In this document: positions 38,634-44,496 of the stretch, piece after piece
How the letters are laid out: every line of letters begins with the position of its first letter
How positions within the stretch are numbered: the stretch's first letter is position 1
Source of the DNA: Candidatus Omnitrophota bacterium
GTDB taxonomy: Bacteria > Omnitrophota > Gorgyraeia > Gygaellales > Profunditerraquicolaceae
Reading direction: 5' to 3'
DNA: 44,496 bases
Assembly: GCA_030691585.1 (NCBI GenBank)
Contig: JAUYEC010000145.1
Coordinates: 1 to 44,496 of the forward strand
Translations under genes and position numbers: made by a program
The notes under the pieces: model-generated
What the model was told of the DNA's origin: nothing
The model's input: the letters and a program-made list of their open reading frames with translations, nothing else
Database searches by the model: none

Positions 38634-40400
38634 ATGAAGAAAACCGCGATAATCGTGCAATCAAAAGACGCGCAAGGTGCGGTTTTAAAATTGCGTTCTT
38701 TAGGCACTCTGCATGTGGAATACAACCGGCCCCCGGCAAGCACAAATATTAATGCTTTAAAAGAGGATATAAGCACGGTAGAGTCGGCGATAAATATTGT
38801 TTCCGGCCCCGCCGTTAATAAAATGCCTGTTGCCGGGCAGTTAAAACTTACGGACTGGAAAAGCGTTGCCGGCCATATCGTGGATCTCGCCAAGCGCCTT
38901 GAGCAGTTGTCGGCGTATTCCCTGGTCATTGCAGGGCTCATCCGGGAATGGGAGCGTTGGGGTGATTTTGACCCGCAGGAAATAGAAATACTTCAAGGCA
39001 AGGGTATTTATACCGGATTTTTTCAGGTCCCGCTCAAAGAGATAAGTCTAATTCCCGCCGGCGTCGTGGCAAAGGAAGTATTCAGGCGTTCCGGATTCGC
39101 ACATTATATTATAATTTCGCAAGGCAAGCCTGAATTGTCTTTTCAGCAAATACCTCCCCCGAAGATGGGGCTTATGAAGATGCGTGCCAGGGCTTATGAA
39201 GATCAGCGCGCCAGTGAAAAGATCGCGGAAGAAATATGCGGGCATTTAGTCCATCTGCAGGCCTTAGCTGAAGCCAAGAAGGATCTTGAAGGGCAGCTTG
39301 AGTTTCATCAAGCCCTTGAAGGGATGGGCAGCCAGGACAATATAGCTTATTTAAGCGGATACATCCCAATTGAACAGGTGGGGAATTTAGAAAAGGCCGC
39401 GCAACAGGAACAATGGGGCTTGTTGGTCCGGGATCCCTCCGACGAGGAAACGCCCCCGGTGTTGCTGCGTAATCCTCACTGGGTCCGCCTGATCGATCCG
39501 GTGCTCAAGATGCTGGGGATCTCGCCCGGTTACCGCGAGTTGGATGCCAGCCCGGTTTTATTGGTGTTCTTCAGCGTTTTTTTTGGAATTCTCATCGGCG
39601 ATGCCGGCTATGGCCTGGCCTATTTATTATTGACCGCCTGGTTTCAGAAGAAGAAGGGGATCAACCCCCGCAATGCCGATGTTTTTTATCTCTTTTATAC
39701 TTTAAGTTCATGCGCGATCATCTGGGGTGCGCTCACCGCAACATTTTTTGGGCAGAGTTGGTTGGTTGGCTGCGGGATAAAGCCGCTTGTGCCTGCCTTA
39801 AATGAGCCGGCGATTATGCAAAAGTTTTGTTTTTTTATCGGCGCCTTGCATTTGAGTATCGCCCATGCCTGGCGCGGGATATTAAAATTCCCGCATCCGT
39901 CTTGCCTTGCTGACATAGGATGGATCGCGGTTTTATGGGTTTCATTTTATATGGCTGGCGCGCTGATTTTGGGCCAGGCCTTTCCCGCTTTTGGCTTGCC
40001 GGCCGCGCTCTGCGGAATTGCATTGGTCCTGTTTTTCAGCGAACCGCGCAGGAATCCGCTCAAAGGCTTGGTCGCCGGTTTTGTTTCTGTTACTTTTGGC
40101 TTGAGTTTTATGAGCGCTTTTACCGACGTGGTATCGTATGTCAGGCTCTTTGCCGTGGGTTTGGCGGCAGTGGCCATTGCCGATACCACTAATGCGATGG
40201 CTGCCGGCCTTGGCGCCGGGGTTACTGGATTTAGCGCCGGCGTTTTGGTCAGGATAGTGGGCCATGCCTTAAATATCGTGCTCGGCCCCATTGCCATTTT
40301 GGTGCACGGGGTGCGGCTTAACGTATTGGAATTTGGCCTGAATCATACGGGCCTGACCTGGAGCGGCGAGCGTTATAAGCCGCTGCAGGAATCTGCGTAA
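38634..40400 (+). CDS. atpI: V-type ATP synthase subunit I (a-subunit)
   Basis: It has a soluble N-terminal half and a polytopic C-terminal half containing YVRLFAVGLA, which carries the essential stator Arg context. ATG 38634 is preferred. GTG 38622 (a GTGA overlap with atpD) is the alternative start. Confidence 0.88.
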   Translation: MKKTAIIVQSKDAQGAVLKLRSLGTLHVEYNRPPASTNINALKEDISTVESAINIVSGPAVNKMPVAGQLKLTDWKSVAGHIVDLAKRLEQLSAYSLVIAGLIREWERWGDFDPQEIEILQGKGIYTGFFQVPLKEISLIPAGVVAKEVFRRSGFAHYIIISQGKPELSFQQIPPPKMGLMKMRARAYEDQRASEKIAEEICGHLVHLQALAEAKKDLEGQLEFHQALEGMGSQDNIAYLSGYIPIEQVGNLEKAAQQEQWGLLVRDPSDEETPPVLLRNPHWVRLIDPVLKMLGISPGYRELDASPVLLVFFSVFFGILIGDAGYGLAYLLLTAWFQKKKGINPRNADVFYLFYTLSSCAIIWGALTATFFGQSWLVGCGIKPLVPALNEPAIMQKFCFFIGALHLSIAHAWRGILKFPHPSCLADIGWIAVLWVSFYMAGALILGQAFPAFGLPAALCGIALVLFFSEPRRNPLKGLVAGFVSVTFGLSFMSAFTDVVSYVRLFAVGLAAVAIADTTNAMAAGLGAGVTGFSAGVLVRIVGHALNIVLGPIAILVHGVRLNVLEFGLNHTGLTWSGERYKPLQESA

Positions 40401-40409
40401 AAGATTTTG

Positions 40410-40429
40410 CCTGCCTGCCGGTAGGCAGG
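40410..40429. repeat. family-B palindrome, second copy (CCTGCCTGCCGGTAGGCAGG)
   Basis: One substitution relative to the copy at 24669. It abuts the next family-A element, sharing one G. Confidence 0.8.
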
Positions 40430-40458
40430 TAGGGACAGGTTTTAAACCTGTCCCTACA
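40429..40458. repeat. family-A palindrome (A2, TTTTAAA centre)
   Basis: GTAGGGACAGGTTTTAAACCTGTCCCTACA. Confidence 0.95.
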
Positions 40459-40477
40459 GCGGATATCCAAAAGGTTT

Positions 40478-40508
40478 TGTAGGGACAGCATATTATGCTG
40501 TCCCTACA
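40478..40508. repeat. family-A palindrome (A3, central T, i.e. opposite orientation to 19124/30637)
   Basis: TGTAGGGACAGCATATTATGCTGTCCCTACA. Confidence 0.95.
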
Positions 40509-40551
40509 GGATGTAATCATAAATCAATATAGAAAAAGGAGGAGTGATATC

Positions 40552-41034
40552 ATGGAGCCAGCAATTATGAGTCAATTCAAAGATCTGGGTTTGAGTATGG
40601 TCCTGGCGCTTGCTGCTTGTGGGTCGGCAATCGGAGCCGGGACAGCCGGGATGAGTGCTATCGGGGCCTGGAAGAAAAATTACAGCCAGAATAAAGCGGC
40701 GTCGTTTATGCTGGTAGCTTTTGTCGGCGCCCCGCTTACCCAGACCATCTATGGGATGATCGTAATGAATAAACTCTTTGAGCTGGCGGCAAAAGGGTTA
40801 TACTGTTGGGGTATCGGCGCGTTTGCCGGCCTGGCAATAGGATTGTCGGCGTATTGGCAGGGTAAGTGCGCGGCCTGCGCCTGCGACGCCATGGGCGAAA
40901 CAAATAAGGGTTTCGGCAATTACCTCGTCGTGCTGGGCATGACTGAAACCGTAGCACTCTTTGTCATGGCCTTTACGCTGGGCATACTCGGTAAATTAGC
41001 AGCGACAATTCCCGTACCAATCGTGGGCGGTTAG
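40552..41034 (+). CDS. atpK: V-type ATP synthase proteolipid subunit K (double-hairpin, 4 TM)
   Basis: The RBS AGGAGGAG precedes ATG 40552. The 160-aa protein has GAPLTQTIYGMIV, SAYWQGKCAA and GMTETVALFVMAF, which align by eye with the Enterococcus hirae NtpK helices carrying T64/Q65, Q110 and E139. The stop TAG 41032-41034 lies inside tRNA-Val. Confidence 0.88.
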   Translation: MEPAIMSQFKDLGLSMVLALAACGSAIGAGTAGMSAIGAWKKNYSQNKAASFMLVAFVGAPLTQTIYGMIVMNKLFELAAKGLYCWGIGAFAGLAIGLSAYWQGKCAACACDAMGETNKGFGNYLVVLGMTETVALFVMAFTLGILGKLAATIPVPIVGG

Positions 41035-41101
41035 TTCAGCTGGTTAGAACGTCTCTCTTACACAGAGAAGGTCAGGGGTCCGAATCCTCTACCGCCCACC
41101 A
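41025..41101 (+). tRNA. tRNA-Val (anticodon UAC), CCA encoded
   Basis: Acceptor GGGCGGT/ACCGCCC (7/7), D-arm GTTC-AGCTGGTTA-GAAC, anticodon arm TCTCT-CTTACAC-AGAGA, T-arm AGGGG-TCCGAAT-CCTCT, discriminator A, then CCA. The T-loop reads TCC instead of TTC. Confidence 0.85.
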
Positions 41102-41286
41102 CTCGACTCGGCGCTTCGCGCCTCGCTCGTGGTAAACCATACATCCGAGTGACTCCGAGCAAGCGAAGCGCGTCGAGGAGCCACTCGACTCGGCGCTTCG
41201 CGCCTCGCTCGTGGTTTACCCTTCGATATACTCAGGGTAAACCAGGCATGCGAGTGATCCCGAGTGAACGAAGTGAATCGAGGGAC
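41099..41286 (+). repeat. family-D (C-related) repeat array filling the tRNA-Val/tRNA-Asp spacer
   Basis: CCACTCGACTCGGCGCTTCGCGCCTCGCTCGTGGT occurs at 41099-41133 and 41181-41215. Each copy is followed by an imperfect inverted partner (CGAGTGACTCCGAGCAAGCGAAGCGCGTCGAGGAG at 41146-41180; CGAGTGATCCCGAGTGAACGAAGTGAATCGAGGGAC at 41251-41286). There is also a GGTTTACCCT/AGGGTAAACC hairpin at 41213-41243. The element shares CCNCTCGACT...CGCTCGNGGTAAAC with family C. Confidence 0.85.
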
Positions 41287-41345
41287 CATTAAAAACTCTT
41301 GAAAACAGAGCATTTTTGGTCTACAATTAACATCTATGTCATTTT

Positions 41346-41424
41346 GGGGCTGTAGCCTAGTCTGGTTCATGGCGCCACCCTGTCACGGTGGAGACCACGG
41401 GTCCAAATCCCGTCAGCCCCGCCA
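41346..41424 (+). tRNA. tRNA-Asp (anticodon GUC), CCA encoded
   Basis: Acceptor GGGGCTG/CAGCCCC, anticodon arm CCACC-CTGTCAC-GGTGG, T-arm ACGGG-TCCAAAT-CCCGT, discriminator G, then CCA. The T-loop again reads TCC. Confidence 0.85.
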
Positions 41425-41426
41425 TT

Positions 41427-41476
41427 AAAAGAGCCTTTTGATTACGTAAATAGATCAAAAGGCTCTTTTGTGTTTT
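41427..41476 (+). terminator. strong intrinsic terminator after tRNA-Asp
   Basis: A perfect 16-bp stem AAAAGAGCCTTTTGAT / ATCAAAAGGCTCTTTT with an 11-nt loop, followed by GTGTTTT. Confidence 0.85.
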
Positions 41477-41497
41477 CACAGCCAAAAACCTTTTTAT

Positions 41498-42454
41498 ATG
41501 GTAAAACTTGAGCTTTGCCGTAGAACCCAAGATATAGAAAGCCGTTTTAATGCGCGCGTAGAAGATCTGCTTTATCAAATGCACTGGCCTGAAGAGATGA
41601 AACATAGCGATATAAGCGCAGAGATAGATATTCCAAGAGCGACAGTGACTAAATGGTTTCATCATTACGATATACCCACGCAGACTTGCCGCAGGTTTAC
41701 TGACATGAATCTTACGAGCTGGCTTTATAAGACCGGGCAGTTAAAAAAGAAGCCCGAATATAAAAAACCCGTAAAAGAACCGCAAGCCAATGTCAATTTC
41801 TTTAAGAAATGGTCTACAGAAATGGCGTATGTTTTAGGCTATTTTGCCGCCGACGGCAGTATGTACGCTAACCCGCGAGGGGCAAAATATATTACCTTCA
41901 GTTCGATCGACCGCGAAATGCTGGAGAAAGTCAAGCGATGCTTAAATTCTAAACATAAAATCGCCTTAAGAAAGAGATATAATGATAACTGGCAAGATTC
42001 ATATACGTTTCAAATCGGTTCTAAAGAAATGTATAGCGATATGATTAAGCTGGGTTTTATGCAAAATAAAGCCCGGAGATTTCATCTGCCAAAAGTGCCC
42101 AAGAAATATATGAACCACTTTATTAGAGGCCATTTTGACGGCGACGGCAGCATTAGCTGCGGGTATACAAAAATAAAAGCTAGGAATTATAAAATGGTTC
42201 CATATGTCTCAAGTTGTTTTGCTTCGGCAAATTTAAGTTTTTTAAGAGAAATCTATAAGGTTTTGAAAGAAAACGCGGGCCTTGCAGGGGGACATATAGA
42301 TAAAAAAGGCGGCCACCTTGCATATTCTAAATCCGACAGTATCAAGTTGTTCTATTATATGTATCGGAATGCCACTAAAGACCAATATTTAGAAAGAAAA
42401 TATACTAAATTTTTGCAAGCGGTTAATCCGGAGGGAGGTAGTTTAGCAAATTAG
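41498..42454 (+). CDS. free-standing LAGLIDADG homing-endonuclease-like protein (two motifs) with N-terminal HTH
   Basis: YVLGYFAADGS (motif 1) and NHFIRGHFDGDGS (motif 2) lie about 105 aa apart. The N-terminal DISAEIDIPRATVTKWFHHYDIP is HTH-like. The start is uncertain: ATG 41498 has no clear RBS, and the track's start lies inside the terminator. Confidence 0.75.
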   Translation: MVKLELCRRTQDIESRFNARVEDLLYQMHWPEEMKHSDISAEIDIPRATVTKWFHHYDIPTQTCRRFTDMNLTSWLYKTGQLKKKPEYKKPVKEPQANVNFFKKWSTEMAYVLGYFAADGSMYANPRGAKYITFSSIDREMLEKVKRCLNSKHKIALRKRYNDNWQDSYTFQIGSKEMYSDMIKLGFMQNKARRFHLPKVPKKYMNHFIRGHFDGDGSISCGYTKIKARNYKMVPYVSSCFASANLSFLREIYKVLKENAGLAGGHIDKKGGHLAYSKSDSIKLFYYMYRNATKDQYLERKYTKFLQAVNPEGGSLAN

Positions 42455-42514
42455 AATACATGTTTGAGGTTATTTAGTTTCTATTTTTTATCTTTCTTGG
42501 GGCGGTTCGGCTTT

Positions 42515-42545
42515 AAAGGCGGAATCGCCTTTTTGCTTTGTTTTT
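42515..42545 (+). terminator. intrinsic terminator after the LAGLIDADG gene
   Basis: AAAGGCG-GAAT-CGCCTTT followed by TTGCTTTGTTTTT. Confidence 0.7.
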
Positions 42546-42570
42546 GCCCGGTGGCGTGGTATTATACATA

Positions 42571-42600
42571 CGAGGGACAGGATAATATCCTGTCCCTACA
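42571..42600. repeat. family-A palindrome (A4 subtype)
   Basis: CGAGGGACAGGATAATATCCTGTCCCTACA. The 5' clamp is degenerate (GAGGG instead of GTAGGG). Confidence 0.9.
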
Positions 42601-42634
42601 GTTGAATACGTTAAGGTAATTATATGGAGGAAAT

Positions 42635-42955
42635 ATGGCTACAATAGAGGATTTTCACAAGTTAGAGTTTAAAGTCGCTGTGATTAAAGAAGTTACGGAA
42701 CATCCCAATGCCGACCGGCTTTATGTGGTCACTTTGGACGTGGGGGACAAAACCAAGCAGGTGGTAGCCGGGATCCGCGGCAGTTATCAGAAGGAAGAAT
42801 TGATCGGCAGACAGGTGGTGCTGGTGGATAATCTGGATCCGGCAATCCTGCGCGGAGTGGAAAGCCAGGGCATGATCCTGGCAGCTTCCGATGAAAACGG
42901 CATCGTGGTGGTAAGCCCGGAGAAACCCGTGAAATTAGGAAGCGTTGTAAAGTGA
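42635..42955 (+). CDS. tRNA-binding domain protein (Trbp111/CsaA/MetRS-C-terminal-like OB fold)
   Basis: FHKLEFKVAVIKEVTEHPNADRLYVVTLDVGDKTKQVVAGIRGSYQKEELIGRQVVLVDNLDPAILRGVESQGMILAA is the classic EMAP/Trbp111 pattern. The RBS is GGAGGAAAT. Confidence 0.88.
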   Translation: MATIEDFHKLEFKVAVIKEVTEHPNADRLYVVTLDVGDKTKQVVAGIRGSYQKEELIGRQVVLVDNLDPAILRGVESQGMILAASDENGIVVVSPEKPVKLGSVVK

Positions 42956-43464
42956 TCGAGCAATTTGTGCCAAGCGAGGTTTGTCTGAAATGTATTGGAT
43001 GCTGTCGTTTCAGCGAGGCGAATTCCGTTTGGCTGCCCTGTCTCTTGGATGAGGAAATACAGGACCTGCTGGACAAAAAAATACCGCCGGTCTCCATATC
43101 CATAGATAAAAAGATCCAACCCATTCCTAATCCGCGCCTTGTGGAGAGCGCTTTTATCTGCGCCTTTTTGGATGCGTCGGCCAATAAATGCGCGATCTAT
43201 GATTTCCGTCCGCTGGAATGCCAACTCTATCCGTTCTTAATCGCGATACGGGATAAAAAAGTCCTGCTTACGGTGGATTTAAATTGTCCTTATATCAAGG
43301 ATAAAATGAGCAGCCGGGAATTTGAGGAATACGTGCGCTATCTGACCGATTTCTTAAACGCCCCGGCGCGGATTCGGCTGCTGCGGGATAATCCGCATAT
43401 TATCCAGGCCTACAAGGACGCGCTGGACGTAGTAGAATTAAAGATGCCCGATGAAACTAAATGA
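42952..43464 (+). CDS. YkgJ-family (CxxCxxCC) cysteine-cluster protein
   Basis: CLKCIGCCRF ... CAFLDASANKCAIYDFRPLECQLYPF is the putative Zn/Fe-chelating domain signature. It has a GTGA overlap with the upstream gene. Confidence 0.75.
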   Translation: MIEQFVPSEVCLKCIGCCRFSEANSVWLPCLLDEEIQDLLDKKIPPVSISIDKKIQPIPNPRLVESAFICAFLDASANKCAIYDFRPLECQLYPFLIAIRDKKVLLTVDLNCPYIKDKMSSREFEEYVRYLTDFLNAPARIRLLRDNPHIIQAYKDALDVVELKMPDETK

Positions 43465-44350
43465 TCTATCTCTTCGCGACAAGGAAATCTTTTCGAAATA
43501 CCTGAGTTTATCCAGCCACGAATTATCCGTCTATAACTTTATTAATATCTACATATGGATTGGGCTCTTTGAAATTAAATGGGCCCTGATCAATAAGAGC
43601 CTCTGCGTATTTTTTCAGGATAGAATCGGCGCGTTTCTCTATCTGCCGCCGCTGGCGCAAACCCATGATCCTGAAACAGTAGAGAAGGTATTTTCGATAT
43701 TGGACTCGATCAACGCCAACAAAGAAATTTCCCGCATCGAGAATGTGGAAGCCGGGGATCTGGAATTCTACCGCGGCCTGGGCCTGAAGTGCGCGCAAAA
43801 ATCTTGGGATTATCTTTGTTCACGCCAGAGCCTGGCGGAGTTAAAAGGCGATAAGTTGAAATCAAAGCGCGCCGCCTATAATTATTTTGTCAAAAACTAT
43901 TCCTTCGAGTTCCTGCCGTTTACAAAAAAGGATTTAGGCGGCTGCCTGAAGCTCTATCAGACCTGGGCCGAGGACCGCCGGGGCGATAATCCGGATATGA
44001 TGTATCGTGCGATGCTGGAAGATAGCTGTAACGCGGTCGAGATATTGTTAAAGCATTACGATAAATTGAATTGTGTGGGCCGGATAGTCAAAGTGAACTC
44101 TAAGATCAAAGGTTTTACCTTTGGTTACAAGCTGAACGCTGATACATTTTGCGTTTTATATGAGATCACGGATCTGTCCATCAAAGGCCTGGCGCAATTT
44201 ATCTTCCGTGCCTTATCACAGGAGATGACGGATTACAAATATATCAACATCATGGACGATTCGGGCTTAGAAAACCTGAAAAAAGTAAAATTGTCGTACC
44301 GGCCGGTAAAGCTAGTCCCGGCGTATATTGTGAAGAGAAAATTACCGTAG
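43451..44350 (+). CDS. DUF2156 (MprF C-terminal / aminoacyl-phosphatidylglycerol-synthase-like, GNAT-fold) domain protein
   Basis: ...LSSHELSVYNFINIYIW..., ...DYLCSRQSLAELKGDKLKSKRAAYNYFVKNY..., ...LYQTWAEDR... and the C-terminal ...LKKVKLSYRPVKLVPAY match my recollection of stand-alone DUF2156 proteins. It overlaps the upstream gene by 14 nt. The stop TAG is the GTAG of the palindrome at 44347. Confidence 0.65.
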   Translation: MKLNDLSLRDKEIFSKYLSLSSHELSVYNFINIYIWIGLFEIKWALINKSLCVFFQDRIGAFLYLPPLAQTHDPETVEKVFSILDSINANKEISRIENVEAGDLEFYRGLGLKCAQKSWDYLCSRQSLAELKGDKLKSKRAAYNYFVKNYSFEFLPFTKKDLGGCLKLYQTWAEDRRGDNPDMMYRAMLEDSCNAVEILLKHYDKLNCVGRIVKVNSKIKGFTFGYKLNADTFCVLYEITDLSIKGLAQFIFRALSQEMTDYKYINIMDDSGLENLKKVKLSYRPVKLVPAYIVKRKLP

Positions 44351-44374
44351 GGACAGGATAGCATCCTGTCCGCC
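44347..44374. repeat. family-A palindrome (A4 variant) supplying the stop codon of the DUF2156 gene
   Basis: GTAGGGACAGGATAGCATCCTGTCCGCC. The 3' clamp is degenerate. Confidence 0.85.
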
Positions 44375-44403
44375 GAGGGACAGCATAATATGCTGTCCCT
44401 ACA
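44375..44403. repeat. family-A palindrome (A3)
   Basis: GAGGGACAGCATAATATGCTGTCCCTACA, directly abutting the previous copy. Confidence 0.9.
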
Positions 44404-44424
44404 AAATTCTGCCGAACGTTTACC

Positions 44425-44455
44425 GTAGGGGCACGGCATGGCGCATGCGTGTCCC
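44425..44455. repeat. degenerate family-A-like palindrome
   Basis: GTAGGGGCACG-GCATGGCGCATG-CGTGTCCC, an 8-bp stem with one G-T pair. It keeps the GTAGGGG head but lacks the CCCTAC tail. Confidence 0.6.
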
Positions 44456-44496
44456 AATATAACCTACGTTATTTCAATCGGTTATAGATTCGCCCC

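Noticed and set aside
41089-41665. Minus-strand ORFs of 93 and 102 aa across the tRNA spacer and tRNA-Asp.
   Set aside because: They overlap the tRNA genes, the repeat array and the terminator. Their translations (for example ...RRASLARSHSDV...) are repeat-derived.
41468-42454. The LAGLIDADG gene as part of a group I intron in a tRNA gene or as an intein.
   Set aside because: Both flanking tRNAs are complete and uninterrupted. A strong terminator separates the gene from tRNA-Asp. There are no extein-like flanks or Hint motifs. It is therefore called free-standing.
42544-42565. A TTGCCC ... TATTAT promoter upstream of the tRNA-binding protein gene.
   Set aside because: The spacer between the two hexamers is only about 10 nt, incompatible with a sigma70-type promoter. 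No alternative could be supported.

Overview
In this 44.5-kb window every credible gene lies on the + strand (about 30 CDS and 3 tRNAs).

Gene order:
- 3' end of glmS, then rsmI.
- One uninterrupted 17,238-nt ORF (5,745 aa, 39% of the window) encoding a giant multidomain protein with a signal peptide.
- A wHTH-nucleotidyltransferase/HEPN gene pair behind a 42-bp perfect palindrome.
- A pyrimidine-biosynthesis supra-operon: PyrR-type leader, pyrR-pyrB-pyrC, an endonuclease-Q-like PHP gene, tRNA-Arg(CCG), carA-carB, mutM, an ICMT-family membrane methyltransferase, pyrK, a half-size TauE/TSUP permease, pyrD, pyrF.
- A seven-gene V-type ATPase operon (E, DUF2764-like, A, B, D, I, K).
- tRNA-Val(UAC) and tRNA-Asp(GUC), separated by a repeat-filled spacer.
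- A free-standing two-motif LAGLIDADG endonuclease.
- An overlapping three-gene unit: Trbp111/CsaA-like tRNA-binding protein, YkgJ-type Cys-cluster protein, DUF2156/MprF-C-like protein.

Two short interspersed repeat superfamilies saturate the window:
- Family A: 19 copies of REP-like GTAGGG...CCCTAC palindromes.
- Family C/D: a CCNCTCGAC...CGCTCGNGG-TAAAC element.

Both families occur at gene boundaries and also in frame inside coding sequence (the giant ORF, pyrK, pyrF). In three genes they supply the C-terminus or the stop codon.

The best candidate for an undescribed system is the giant ORF. Conserved ~100-aa spacer modules ending in Q/P-rich tracts and a (V/G)P(G/S)AA junction partition it. 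It carries four HExxH sites, a complete JAMM motif, an ABC1/UbiB-type kinase core and an internal Met-TRRAFLL twin-arginine-like segment. About two thirds of its length matches nothing I can name.

Limits: everything here comes from reading the sequence and recalling motifs. No database search, HMM or folding program was run. Family names are therefore motif-level assignments, start codons are provisional, and I cannot place the contig taxonomically. Giant ORFs and repeats of this kind recall uncultivated lineages such as Omnitrophota, but that is unverified.
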